Assembly (NCBI GenBank): GCA_965231145.1
Contig: OZ246420.1
Span: forward strand, 240,001 to 272,000
Length of the DNA: 32,000 bases
Direction of reading: 5' to 3'
Source of the DNA: Candidatus Saccharimonadota bacterium
Lineage (GTDB): Bacteria > Patescibacteriota > Gracilibacteria > Absconditabacterales > Absconditicoccaceae
Shown here: positions 1 through 11,809 of the stretch, piece after piece
How positions within the stretch are numbered: position 1 is the first letter of the stretch
How the letters are laid out: each line of letters opens with the position of its first letter
Translations under genes and position numbers: made by a program
The notes under the pieces: generated by a model
Databases searched by the model: none
What the model saw: the letters and a program-made list of their open reading frames with translations, nothing else
Told to the model about the DNA's origin: nothing

Positions 1-69
1 GCTGGAAAGCAGAAAGGAAAATTGCTGTATGGATTAATGCGTGGGTTAAGAGATGGTTTTAGCCTGTAA
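1..69 (+). CDS. 3' end of an upstream gene (partial, 22 codons, ends TAA)
   Basis: Frame 1 is open from the window edge to TAA at 67-69 (AGKQKGKLLYGLMRGLRDGFSL*). It is too short to identify. Confidence 0.2.
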   Translation, partial: AGKQKGKLLYGLMRGLRDGFSL

Positions 70-77
70 TAGATGTC

Positions 78-887
78 ATGAGAGATCATAATCTGCAATT
101 GCCTGACTATGAGGAGCTTCAACATATTCTCGATAAAGAAGCAGTCAGAGAAGTAACCGTAGAAAAACATAGTCTACATTATGTTAATTTTTCTCCGATT
201 ATAGATTTCTGTACAGTAGTTGGTCTTTCTACAGACTACTTTACTCACCGACAAGAAAGAAAAGATTTGCAGGATCCACTTTTCTGGCAACAATTAAAAC
301 AATTGGAGTCTGATTGTCTCGATGCATTGTGAAATTATAGCTGACCTCAAGAAGTTCTTGATAGGCTCTGGGATTATCTCTCTGAGGAAGATGCTGTACA
401 AAAGGCTGATATGATCATGGTGTTTGGCGCGCCTTGAACATTGAGAATAGATAAGGCGATAGAACTCTATACTGCTGGATATGCAGAGAAAATATTACTC
501 ACATGAAAAGGACCGGTTCGAGGAACCGCAGAGATCTCCGAAGCAGAAGCATGGCACGCATATGCTCTAGAAAAAGGTGTTCCAGCAGAAGCTATGCTAC
601 TGGAGAAAAACTCGATCTCTATTCCTGACAATGTGAAGTCGAGCCTTAATATGCTTGATGCGTTGTATATGAATGTAAAATCTATGATTCTTGTAACGTC
701 GCCTTATGCGCTGAGAAGAACATATTCTTATATGCAGAAATTTCTCCATACAAAAGTCGCTGTGTACAGACTAGCGGCAGGTTCAAAGTATACGAAAGAA
801 AATTGGTATATGACCCCAGAAGGGCAGAAAGTAATTGTAAATGAGTATATCAAACTGAAAGTGAGTGAGCTGCTCAATACGGTCTAG
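78..887 (+). CDS. DUF218/YdcF-like (ElyC/SanA family) protein, 269 aa, 4 in-frame TGA read as Gly
   Basis: ORFs 78-332 and 594-887 share one frame and are separated only by TGA codons. The joined product shows the DUF218 pattern MIMVFGAPG..RIDKAIELYTAGYAEKILLTGKG..EAEAWHAYALEKGVP. Ends TAG. Confidence 0.7.
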
Positions 888-1271
888 CTATTCTACTTTC
901 TCAAACGTCAGAGAAAGCTGGAATGCTTTGTTCTTTAGTGGTATGCTCATCTCGATTCGTAATCCACCGTATTTTGAAGATCGTTCAAGAAGATTTTTAT
1001 TGAGTAGTGGCTCCTCATAGCACTCAGGAGAAAGTTTGTAGTCTACATTGAAGAACATGCATTTTACTCTGTCAAATCTTTCTACTTGTACAAATACCTG
1101 GCAGGGCACGTGTTCAGGAAATGTGTCCTCATCAACGAGCTTTAGTCGTCACTCTTTTTTCCATAGCAAAATATGATGGGGCTCAACTATAAACTCATCA
1201 CAGCTAAACATCATCTTTTCGGCTGCCTTCGAAGCATCCAGATCGTAGAGGACTTGGAGAAACATACTCAT
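888..1271 (-). CDS. hypothetical protein, 127 aa (1 TGA-Gly)
   Basis: ORF 888-1109 extends upstream through one TGA to ATG at 1269-1271. The length is a multiple of 3 and the gene ends TAG. I recognise no motif. Confidence 0.45.
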
Positions 1272-1273
1272 TC

Positions 1274-1316
1274 AATTACGAATTAATAATGACGAATTAC
1301 GAATGAAATAATGAAT
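1274..1316. repeat. tandem duplication of about 21 nt (AATTACGAAT-N-AATAATGA, two units)
   Basis: AATTACGAAT occurs at 1274-1283 and 1295-1304. AATAATGA occurs at 1285-1292 and 1307-1314. The repeat fills the gap between the BI-1 gene stop and the start of the 888-1271 gene. Confidence 0.5.
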
Positions 1317-2009
1317 TTATCTTCTTTTGCCGAAGAGGCTCAATAATCTTAAGAAAAGATTGATGAAGTCGAGATAGAGGGTGAGTGCGCCTATGATAGA
1401 CTCTTTGCGACCTTCGTCGGTTCATTCGTTTCCGATAATGTTCATCGCTTTGAGTCTTTGAGTATCGTATGCTGTCAGCCCGGTAAAGATAAGTACAGCG
1501 ATGATAGAAATAACGTAGTCGGCCGCAGCGCTTCTCATGAACATGTTGATAAGACTTGCGATGATGATCCCGAACAGTCCCATGATGAGTATGCGTCCCA
1601 TACCAGAAAGATCCTGCTTAGTGAAAAATCCATATAAGCTCATGGCTGCAAACATGCCTGCGGTGATAAAGAAGACCGATACGATAGATGTTGCTGTGTA
1701 GACGAGAAAAATAACCGATAGAGTTAATCCTGTAGTAAAACAGTAGAGGAGAAAGAGAAATGTTGCGGTAGATACAGCCATCTTTTTGATCCATCCGGCG
1801 AGGCTGATGACGAGCCCAAGTTCGATGATGATCAGCGCTATTATAATAATATTATTTGAAAATATCAGCTCATAGATAGCTGAGGTAGTCGCTACCAGAT
1901 ACGCAGTCAGTCACGAAATGATAAGCCCTCCGCACATCCATGCATATACCTGCTGGAAAAATCTGCTTGTCTCCCTTACTCTCTGGTGATCAGTAATAAT
2001 TCTTTCCAT
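1317..2009 (-). CDS. Bax inhibitor-1/YccA family membrane protein, 230 aa (2 TGA-Gly)
   Basis: ORF 1422-1781 extends both ways through TGA. The N-terminus reads MERIITDHQRVRETSRFFQQVYAWMCGGL. The C-terminus reads GALTLYLDFINLFLRLLSLFG, the typical BI-1 family tail. Length 693 nt, ends TAA. Confidence 0.85.
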
Positions 2010-2103
2010 CAACTTATTTTACATAATCTAAAAAGATGTTTACTTATATTCTGCTTACTCTTTATTGCAATGGTTATTTATCCGGCGCATAGACTTTTTC
2101 TTA

Positions 2104-2128
2104 CAAAAAAACCCCCGGAACACCGGGG
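2104..2128 (-). terminator. rho-independent terminator of the 2148-2585 gene
   Basis: A CCCCGG/CCGGGG stem (2113-2118 / 2123-2128) with a 4-nt loop is followed on the minus strand by a T-run (A-run 2104-2111 on plus). Confidence 0.6.
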
Positions 2129-2147
2129 AGTTAGTAAGATAAATATT

Positions 2148-2585
2148 CTATCTTTTTTTTATGGTCAGCTGTATATCGCCGCCATCAGTTGTTTTAAATA
2201 CCATAGGTTGGTACTCACCAACATCAGCTTTCTCGACTTTACGTTCTTTACGCTTGTCGATAGTGAATTTTTCTCCGCTCATGGTAGAGTTGAGGTTTCT
2301 TGTTGTGGTTGTAAGCGTCCCAGCCTTTCTGTTTAACTCAATAGTTAATGAGCTCTCTTCGAGATCATAACTTATGATAGTGGTACCATCGGTATTGGGA
2401 TTGTCCAGCGTATTTACTACCATTCGGTAGTCGCTGCTACGTGGAGCGCTGCTTTTCTTAGCGCTGCTTTTCTTGGCAGGAGAGGATTTTCCTTTGGCTT
2501 CCCCTCTGCATTGTGCCATCCCTTGATGGCTAGATCCTATCAGTAAGAGCACGGCAATGCTCAATACTATCCATGTTCGTCTCAT
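2148..2585 (-). CDS. small secreted hypothetical protein, 145 aa
   Basis: Intact ORF with N-terminal signal-peptide-like MRRTWIVLSIAVLLLIGSS and a Lys/Ser-rich linker. Ends TAG. Confidence 0.55.
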   Translation of the reverse strand: MRRTWIVLSIAVLLLIGSSHQGMAQCRGEAKGKSSPAKKSSAKKSSAPRSSDYRMVVNTLDNPNTDGTTIISYDLEESSLTIELNRKAGTLTTTTRNLNSTMSGEKFTIDKRKERKVEKADVGEYQPMVFKTTDGGDIQLTIKKR

Positions 2586-2708
2586 AATCTTCTGTTTTGA
2601 TTTGTACCCCTATAATAGCAAGCATGACCAATAAGTCAAATATAAAATCTGTTGCATTTAGGGGGCTTTTTTCTATCATTCTAGTCACGTCCACAGCAGA
2701 CAACTTGT

Positions 2709-2784
2709 GGGTTTGTAGCTCAGTTGGTAGAGCAAGAGCCTCTTAAGCTCCTGGTCCGGGGTTCGAATCCCCGCAAACCCACCA
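2709..2784 (+). tRNA. tRNA-Lys (anticodon CTT), CCA encoded
   Basis: Cloverleaf read by eye. Acceptor GGGTTTG/CAAACCC, D-arm GCTC-AGTTGGTA-GAGC, anticodon loop CTCTTAA, T-arm CGGGG-TTCGAAT-CCCCG, then ACCA. Confidence 0.93.
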
Positions 2785-2841
2785 TTAAAAAGATATTGAA
2801 AATAATCATTATACAGGAGGTTATCATTGAGAAAATACTAT

Positions 2842-2913
2842 AGGGCCATAGCTCAGTGGTAGAGCGGGAGTCTCCAAAGCTCCGCGTCGGGAGTTCAATC
2901 CTCTCTGGCCCTG
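2842..2913 (+). tRNA. tRNA-Trp (anticodon CCA), no encoded CCA end
   Basis: Acceptor AGGGCCA/TGGCCCT, D-arm GCTC-AGTGGTA-GAGC, anticodon stem GGAGT/GCTCC with loop CTCCAAA, T-arm GGGAG-TTCAATC-CTCTC, discriminator G. Confidence 0.9.
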
Positions 2914-2918
2914 AACGA

Positions 2919-2944
2919 AATAACTTGCAAGAGTTATTTTTTTG
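2919..2944 (+). terminator. rho-independent terminator after the tRNA pair
   Basis: AATAACT/AGTTATT stem with loop TGCAAG, followed by a T-run. Confidence 0.6.
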
Positions 2945-2989
2945 TTATAAAAAATAATTAATTTCAATTTAAGGCGAAATCCTTATATA

Positions 2990-3053
2990 GCAGTTAGATT
3001 ATAGATATTAGATTTTAGCACCTGCTAACATCTACATGCTAAAATCGCATTGC
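2990..3053. repeat. TAGAT-rich palindromic intergenic element, copy A
   Basis: GCAGTTAGATTATAGATATTAGATTTTAGCA (2990-3020) matches the reverse complement of 20144-20174 at 29/31 positions. An internal 10-bp stem pairs GATTTTAGCA with TGCTAAAATC. Confidence 0.55.
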
Positions 3054-3074
3054 TTTTAATAGGTAAGAAAAGAG

Positions 3075-3647
3075 ATGAATAAATTGATAATAACTGCTCA
3101 TCCAAATCCTGAAGGGTTTACGCATAAGATTGCGCAGAGGTTTATCGAGACGTCGCAAAACAAATGACACGACTGTTTTCTCATGAACCTCTATAGTGAA
3201 GAGCGAAAACAGGATTACTTGCAGCTTGATCATATGAACAAAGCTATTCCTGACAATAAAAGAGAAGAAATTCAAAAGAAGATCTTATGGGCAGATGAGC
3301 TCGTGTTTGTTTTCCCTTTGTGGAACTTCGATGCGCCGGCGATCATGAAAAACTGGGTAGATGTAAATTTCTCGAGCGGATTTGCATATCGTTTTAAGCC
3401 AGGTTCACTTTTGCCACATAGATTTCTCAAAGGCAAAACAGCAAGAATTATTTTCACTGCATGATCTCCAAAGTTTGTTATATTCACTGCAGGCATTGGT
3501 ATCCTGCTCAATCGAGCATTAGCGAGATTGTTTTATTTTGGTATAACTCTCCGTTCGTATACTGTATTTGGAAAGTTGCCTGCAAAGAAGACGCTGGAAG
3601 AAAGAGAAAAAATGCTTGAAAAAGTTAGCAGGATAGCTAGTAAATAG
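3075..3647 (+). CDS. NAD(P)H-dependent oxidoreductase, flavodoxin-like fold (Flavodoxin_2 type), 190 aa (2 TGA-Gly)
   Basis: MNKLIITAHPNPEGFTHKIAQRF..ILWADELVFVFPLWNFDAPAIMKNWVDVNFSSGFAY. ORF 3183-3464 extends in frame both ways through TGA. Ends TAG. Confidence 0.75.
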
Positions 3648-3675
3648 GTATTTATCTTTTTACTGGTTATTACGT

Positions 3676-4104
3676 ATGAAAAGATTTCACAAAGGGTGTT
3701 TCGGCACACTTATCGTTCGTCTCGTTATAGGAGCGGTATTTCTTTACCATGGTATCACTAAGATCCTTATGCCTGCTGCAGGTATGATGGACTTCGTAGG
3801 AGGAGCTGCAACAAATCTTGGGCTTACGTTCTTCTCAAATGAAACATGGTTCTGGATCGTAGCTATCGCTGAAACTGTTGGTGGGGCAATGCTCGTACTC
3901 GGTCTCTTCACTCGTTGGTTTGCTGCTATCCTTGCTATCGTTATGCTTTTCGCTCTCAATACAAAGGGATGGGGTATCAAAGTAGCAGAGCTCGACTACG
4001 TATTGTTTGGTATTCTTGTGTCTCTCATTTTCACTGGTGGAAAGAGATATAGTCTTGATGGTCTCATGTGTAAAGGTGAGTACCACAATGGTGAAACTAT
4101 GTAA
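3676..4104 (+). CDS. DoxX family membrane protein, 142 aa
   Basis: Intact ORF with four hydrophobic helices and the DoxX-like N-terminus LVRLVIGAVFLYHGITKIL. No TGA. Ends TAA. Confidence 0.75.
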   Translation: MKRFHKGCFGTLIVRLVIGAVFLYHGITKILMPAAGMMDFVGGAATNLGLTFFSNETWFWIVAIAETVGGAMLVLGLFTRWFAAILAIVMLFALNTKGWGIKVAELDYVLFGILVSLIFTGGKRYSLDGLMCKGEYHNGETM

Positions 4105-4123
4105 TTCATTTCACTGCATGAAA

Positions 4124-4152
4124 ATCTTGTCCTTTACAGGGCGAGATTTTTT
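4124..4152 (+). terminator. rho-independent terminator after DoxX
   Basis: 9-bp stem ATCTTGTCC/GGGCGAGAT (two G-U pairs) with loop TTTACA, followed by TTTTTT. Confidence 0.6.
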
Positions 4153-4220
4153 ATTACATAAGAGATAATAAATAAAAGATAAAAAATATCGTTTGCGTTT
4201 CCTCGTTTTATCATTTCCTC

Positions 4221-4487
4221 ATGTTAATGATGCAAAAGCTTTGGTTTAAAAATAAGACATATGGCTATGGTTGGGTTCCTGCATCGTGAGAAGGCTGGCT
4301 TGTGCTCTGAGCATATATTGTCATCCTTATTGCATTGGCACTAACGCTCGATGAGAGTTCTTCGCCACGTGAGGTGATGTTCATCTTTGTGTTACCTATG
4401 ATTCTACTGACAATCACCTTGATTCGTATTGCCTATAAGAAATGAGAAAAGCCTGAGCGACGTCGAGGTAATAAAAACAAGAAATAA
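4221..4487 (+). CDS. small membrane protein, 88 aa (3 TGA-Gly)
   Basis: Read codon by codon: MLMMQKLWFKNKTYGYGWVPASGEGWLVLGAYIVILIALAL..MFIFVLPMILLTITLIRIAYKKG..*. Two predicted TM helices. Ends TAA. Confidence 0.5.
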
Positions 4488-4515
4488 AAAAACCGACAAG
4501 AGAGTGCTCTGTCGG
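4485..4515 (-). terminator. rho-independent terminator of the 4537-5361 gene
   Basis: CCGACA/TGTCGG stem (4493-4498 / 4510-4515), followed on the minus strand by a T-run (A-run 4485-4492 on plus). Confidence 0.6.
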
Positions 4516-4536
4516 TCAAGGTATTGTTTTCAGTTA

Positions 4537-5361
4537 TTATGCTGTAGCCTCTACTGGTTCTGTTGCTGGTAGTGGTGCCTCAGCGATTGGCGCTGGAGCG
4601 GGCTCTTTCCAGTCTGCCAGCATGGCGTTTATCTTTTTCATGTACGTACGCGCTGTCTCTGGCAGGTCGTCTTCGATGTGATACATCCTTTCTATTTCTG
4701 CTTTGAGCTCGTCATAGTGAACCTGTGAAGTGATCTCCGCTGGAACTATCCATCCGTCATATACTTTGAGTGGTTGGCTTGCTACCCATATGAATCCCTT
4801 TTGACTGATATGCATAACTATGGGCTGAGCCACTCTCTTTTGTGCTTTGGTGAAGGCTTCAAATGCGATATCATCGATATCTGCTAAGCCTATTTGAAAC
4901 CTTCCCATCTCTTTGTCCTTCATATTTATGACTGCATCGAAGAAGCTGTCTATGAGGTCAGAGCTTTCTGATTCTACATCTATATGCCAGATATAAACAG
5001 GAAAGCCCTGATCATTGATGCATTTGATGATGAAATGATTGCACTCTTCGGTTTTAATGATCTTTACCGCTATGTATGTTGTAGCGGGAAGGTTTCTGCT
5101 GCTAAGAAGCTCACTTCTTAGGGCAGATGCCTTTTGGTAGAAGTAGGTCATAAGCGCTTCAGTAGGACTGCTTATCGCGTTCTGTTGCATCCAATGTGTA
5201 CATGTAACTACTCGTGCGAGTGCGTATGCTCCTGGAGCAAAGTATATTTTTTCATGCCGCGATACCGCTTCATCATCATTGAAGAAAGCATCCATACGAT
5301 GGTCTGGTAGTACAATGGTAACTGTTCCGTTTGAGGTGGTTCCAAATAATTTGTGTTTCAT
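4537..5361 (-). CDS. hypothetical protein, 274 aa, Pro/Ala-rich C-terminal tail
   Basis: Intact ORF with no TGA that ends TAA. I recognise no family motif. Confidence 0.55.
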   Translation of the reverse strand: MKHKLFGTTSNGTVTIVLPDHRMDAFFNDDEAVSRHEKIYFAPGAYALARVVTCTHWMQQNAISSPTEALMTYFYQKASALRSELLSSRNLPATTYIAVKIIKTEECNHFIIKCINDQGFPVYIWHIDVESESSDLIDSFFDAVINMKDKEMGRFQIGLADIDDIAFEAFTKAQKRVAQPIVMHISQKGFIWVASQPLKVYDGWIVPAEITSQVHYDELKAEIERMYHIEDDLPETARTYMKKINAMLADWKEPAPAPIAEAPLPATEPVEATA

Positions 5362-5480
5362 AATATTCTTCTTTTTTAAGGTTCACGATTTTATTTATGA
5401 TAAGATTTTATGAAATTGCTAACATAAGTCAATAGACCGGAAGACTCAGAGCAGATTGCAAAACCCCGCTCATTTGCTAT

Positions 5481-5505
5481 ATTCATAGCATTTATTCATA
5501 GCATT
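5481..5505. repeat. direct repeat ATTCATAGCATT x2 immediately upstream of csaA
   Basis: Identical 12-mers at 5481-5492 and 5494-5505, 5 nt before the ATG at 5511. Confidence 0.5.
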
Positions 5506-5510
5506 ATTCT

Positions 5511-5849
5511 ATGCAGCAGATTGACTATGCCGACTTTGAAAAGGTCGAACTGAGAGTGTGAACTATTGTAGAAGCGTATGAGTTCCCCGAAGCGAGAAAG
5601 CCGGCATATAAACTGGTAATTGACTTTGGGCCAGAGATTGGTATAAAAAAATCATCGGCACAAATTACAACGCACTATGCGTTGCCGACCTTGATCGGAA
5701 AACAGGTCGTGGCAGTGGTAAATTTTCCACCGAAACAGATCGGACCATGGATGTCTGAATGCTTAGTGACATGATTTCCCGATAGTGATGGACATGTGGT
5801 GCTTATCTGACCAGATAAACATGTGCCAAATGGTGCAAAACTCTTTTAG
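5511..5849 (+). CDS. csaA: tRNA-binding / export chaperone CsaA, 112 aa (3 TGA-Gly)
   Basis: [58 protein letters not shown] closely follows the CsaA/EMAP-domain pattern. The first TGA falls in the conserved R-x-G-x-I motif. Ends TAG. Confidence 0.85.
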
Positions 5850-5867
5850 TAACAAGAAGTTCTTAAA

Positions 5868-8020
<2,153 letters not shown>

Positions 8021-8030
8021 TAAGTTACAA

Positions 8031-8056
8031 AAAACTCGGCATGACGCCGAGTTTTT
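8031..8056. terminator. bidirectional rho-independent terminator between convergent proS and the flippase gene
   Basis: CTCGGC/GCCGAG stem (8035-8040 / 8046-8051) flanked by an A-run and a T-run. Confidence 0.7.
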
Positions 8057-8067
8057 CTTTTGTTAAT

Positions 8068-9681
8068 TTATTCTCCTGCTATTTGTACTTCGTTTATTTG
8101 CTGATCCACATTTCCATCATGGGTAATTCCTTTCATCACTTTCTTAAGCGGCTTGTAGCCAATAAGAAGCATCATTCCATTGACGATGAGTCATCGTATA
8201 ATCAATTGCGTATAATCATTGTATGCTATTGGACCTATATTATTTGTGTATCGCCATGCGCTTCATGCAATGAGCACGATGCTTCCCATCAGGATGGTGA
8301 AATATTTCCATGAAAAGATGAGTGAAACGCGCTTCCGCTTTGAGACAATTATTCAACCAAGTAGATAGAGTAGCTCCATAAGCATTTGGGTCACGATACC
8401 TCCAACGATAGCATATTTCGGTATGATGATCGCTCCGACGATCATTCCTATAATCACTCCGATTGCATTTACTTTGAGCAGATGATTATTCAAACCTGTC
8501 GATACAAACATAAAGTTATAAACTTGTTTGGCGAAGCTGAGGAGCATTGTCACTGCAAGCCATGGCAAGATGAAATCTGAGCCAAAGCCTCCCGCAATAA
8601 ACTCTGAAAGGAACTCTTTTCCGCTGACGAGGTAAATGATATTACTATCAAACAGCCGGAAGTTTGCAACGAAGACCATACCTATTCGCAGTACGAAGAG
8701 TAAGAGACTTCCGTAGCTTTTGCGCTTGAGTTCATCGCTATATGCAGTTACTTTGTGGACGATACTGTTTCAGAGTGAAGAAGGAACAATCAGTAATATT
8801 TCCATGAGTGCTGATGCGACAGCCCACATACCCACGTATGCAAAACCCTCAGCTGTTGGATAAAATATTCCCATAAGAATCATGACTCCAAGCGTATGCA
8901 GACTGCTGAGGCAGTATGCAAGTCAGTATTGCCAATTGTCTTTGATAACGTTCCAGGTGAACTTCCAGTCCGGTTTGAGACGGAGCTTGATATGCTTATT
9001 GCTTACTCTTCGTACGTACCGTCATTGCATGGCTGCGCTCGCAAGCACTGAGCCTATCATGAGGAGGAAAGCATTGATAGAATAGCTGCTTGCTACAGAG
9101 AAATCAGGATTTTTATAGAGATAGACGATAGCAACCAGTACAACGATCTGGATGATTCTCGCGAGTGAGAGTGCAATACTCACATGTTTCATCCCCCAGA
9201 AGAGCTGCAGCGGAAGCTGCAATATACCTGCGGCCATGAAGCTTGCTGAGAAGAGCATACCGAGCGGCAGTCCCCACATGAGATACGGATTGCTGGTATA
9301 TGCCGGTATGAAATATGCAACAATCAGTGCCGTCATATAGACAATGATAATTGTCACGTATCTCGACATCACAAACTTTCCATAGTAGTTCTCGAGCTCT
9401 GTTTTTGCTTCGCCGTCTTTTGGCATCTCATGTGTCTTCGCATCGAGATGCATCTTTTCTTTGAGCGATCCGAGCTTCTTGAGCGCTATGACATATAGAC
9501 CGAAGTCTGCAAAGGCAGACCATATGGCAAAGTATTTTAATATCGTTGAATAGTCTCCGTACCTGAGCGGTCAGAGATACGGCGTCATGAGTTTTACCAC
9601 CAAAAATCCGCCGATGGCGGAGATAATACGACCGAGAATTTGTCGGAATGCATCTTTCACTACTAACTTGTAACTACTCAT
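8068..9681 (-). CDS. MOP-superfamily oligosaccharide/polysaccharide flippase (Wzx/MurJ-like), 537 aa (7 TGA-Gly)
   Basis: I checked every codon from 8068 to 9681 and found no in-frame TAA or TAG. ORFs 8353-8679 and 9022-9453 lie in this frame. The product is polytopic and hydrophobic throughout, with N-terminus MSSYKLVVKDAFRQILGRIISAIGGFLVVKL. Confidence 0.65.
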
Positions 9682-9732
9682 GATCTTCAGTTATGAACTA
9701 CTAATTACAAATGATAGTATGAAAACTGGCAT

Positions 9733-9758
9733 AAAAAAAAAGAGCATGTCTAGCTCTT
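9733..9758 (-). terminator. rho-independent terminator overlapping the stop of the 9750-11135 gene
   Basis: AAGAGC/GCTCTT stem (9740-9745 / 9753-9758), followed on the minus strand by a T-run (A-run 9733-9740 on plus). Confidence 0.55.
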
Positions 9759-11135
9759 CTTTTTGACTTTTATCATTCCATCAAACACCTCTGTGCTGAA
9801 TGCATTGCCCTGAAGGTCACTCTCTTTTTCCTGGCGAACATATGGGCCGAGAAGCTGCTGTGCATCATAATCAGCCACTAGCTCGCGTTCTTCGTCTGTC
9901 ATGTTGTCGAGGAGCACAAAAGCCATCCTGAGAATGTCTTGTTTGCTATGGTCAACCTTCCAGAAATCATAGTTCCAGAGCTGAGCAATCATGTCTTCTA
10001 AGTTATCGTGCTCGAGATGTTCGTTAATCAGCCTGAAAGCTTTGTGTAATTTCTCGTCTGTATGTGTGTCGAAGAGGGCAGTTTTTGGTCCGCGTAAGAG
10101 ATTTTCGATATGTGTTATATCTTCATCGCTGATCTTGAGAAGATGGTAGTACACAGATCCATTGATCTTTGTAATGACGTTTTTTACCTCACGAATAGCA
10201 GCATCCATTTTTTCATTACGAATTTCATTACTATCTTCCAATGTTTTCGGTGTGCTTAAAAGACGAGTCTGTGTCACTAAATTGGTATAGACGTTATTGA
10301 GATAATGGAATAGACCCAGCTTATCACTTATGTTTTCTAACATATGCTTTTTTTGTTTTCGTGGAGTAGTGTGATTAATTATTAAGCGTCAGAAAAGAGT
10401 TTCTTTATAGATTGTTTCTAGATCTCTGTCGTCGATCTCTCTTGCTGTTCCATCTCTTTTTTGAAAAATCTGTTCTACTTTTTCCCCAGCTCGCTTATCA
10501 ATGCTTGCTGCTCTTTTCCCATTTTGTAACTCTTCTACTTGTTTGGTCATATTTGTCATGTTTCCCTTGTGAGAGAGAGCTTGGGTATTTTCTTTTCTCA
10601 GATCTATAAGCGTTTTATAAGATCTCTGGTGCGCAGAAAATGCAAGATATTCGGGAGAGACAATCATTTCATTATAGTCTTTTATGGCTTTGTTATAATG
10701 CTCAACGTTCCCATATTGAAGATCAGCCATAAATTCAGTCATCTTTTCGACGTTGTATTCTAATTGCGCAAATTTCTTTAAAATAGCTTCTTTTATGTCG
10801 TTTCAATCACAGTATTTTTTGAGAGCACTAATGCTTTTATTGTACATATAAATTTCCTTTGTGAGAGTTTCACGTTCTGCTTCTAGCTTCCCTTTTTCAG
10901 TGAGACATCTTTCGATTTCGCTCGCAATAAAGCTTCATATGCTTGTATGGTTTTCACCAATAATTCTTTGTTGTTCTTGTTGAAGACATTGGCGTATGAG
11001 GGTGCGAGCTTGATCGATAATTTCGGCACCCCTAGAAAAATTTCATTGTAAAAATTCATCCATCGGAAGAGTTGAGTAGATGGAGTTGAGTATAGTGCCA
11101 TTCTCATATCTGTACTTTGCGAGGTGTCCGTACAT
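9750..11135 (-). CDS. hypothetical coiled-coil-rich protein, 461 aa if TGA=Gly; two ORF-sized units bridged by TGA at 10389-10391
   Basis: Codon-by-codon reading of the minus frame (low coordinates divisible by 3) gives ATG at 11133-11135 and no TAA/TAG until TAG at 9750-9752. ORFs 10389-10742 and 9750-10343 share this frame. There are 4 in-frame TGA. Confidence 0.45.
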
Positions 11136-11203
11136 AACAAATACTATTAGTAAGAGCGAATATTATACAATAATACGACAATATATCAATGTTTTTGAAA
11201 TGT

Positions 11204-11226
11204 AAAAAAAGAGCTTAGAAAAGCTC
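11204..11226 (-). terminator. rho-independent terminator of NUDIX gene 1
   Basis: GAGCTT/AAGCTC stem with loop AGAA. A T-run follows on the minus strand (A-run 11204-11210 on plus). Confidence 0.6.
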
Positions 11227-11253
11227 CGTAGTGCAATGATTTCATCAATGATG

Positions 11254-11733
11254 TTACTTTAATTTCTCATGCGAGAGAATCTGTTTCCCATCTTCAGAGA
11301 AGTAAAACGTATACTCAAAATACTCGCCAGCAAACATTCTTGGCATCCGATGGATGTCATCTGCTCGCATCTTTTCATAGGGGATGTCAGTAATATTGAA
11401 CCACTGAGGAAGCAGCTCTTCGGTCTCATGAAAATTTCCTGTATAATTTTTTGTAATAAACACATGAACTTCCTGATTCCGTTCAGGCTTATTCTGATAG
11501 TAGAGTTTATTGATTCCTTGTAATGTAAATGCTTCTTCAGGAAGAGTAATTTCTGTTTCTTCCTGTAGTTCTCTTACAACCGCCTGGAGCATAGTCTCAT
11601 CTTCTTCTACCTTTCCACCAGCGCCATTTCGCTTTCCAAGCGATATTTCAAAACCAGAATTAGTTTTCTTCTTTGCGCAGAGGAGTACTTGTCACGCTGG
11701 ATTGAAGACATAGATCAAATTTGTCTGGATCAT
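11254..11733 (-). CDS. NUDIX hydrolase, MTH1/NUDT1-like (8-oxo-dGTPase type), 159 aa (1 TGA-Gly)
   Basis: The NUDIX box reads GAGGKVEEDETMLQAVVRELQEETEI. The C-terminal WFNITDIPYEKMRADDIHRMP resembles the MTH1 pattern. ORF 11254-11592 extends through one TGA to ATG at 11733. Confidence 0.85.
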
Positions 11734-11750
11734 ATTATTAACTTATACAT

Positions 11751-11792
11751 AAAACAGAGATACTGATACAAGATGCTGATACAGTATCTGTC
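11751..11792 (-). terminator. possible terminator of NUDIX gene 2
   Basis: 8-bp stem AGATACTG/CAGTATCT (11758-11765 / 11782-11789). Only a short T-run follows on the minus strand. Confidence 0.35.
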
Positions 11793-11809
11793 ATCCGTAT
11801 CTGTATCTT

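Noticed and set aside
2842-2913. Mycoplasma-type code 4 (TGA = Trp)
   Set aside because: TGA sits at invariant Gly positions (WQEGHTAH, GPEKK, GxPGxW, the Obg Gly repeats). It aligns with GGN in internal paralogs. The tRNA-Trp in the window has anticodon CCA rather than UCA.
10883-11140. ORF-track ORF 10883-11140 (-), 85 aa, as a separate gene
   Set aside because: It starts with TTG and overlaps a different frame. That other frame starts with ATG at 11135 and stays open (with TGA as Gly) all the way into ORF 10389-10742. I preferred the longer frame, but this call remains uncertain.
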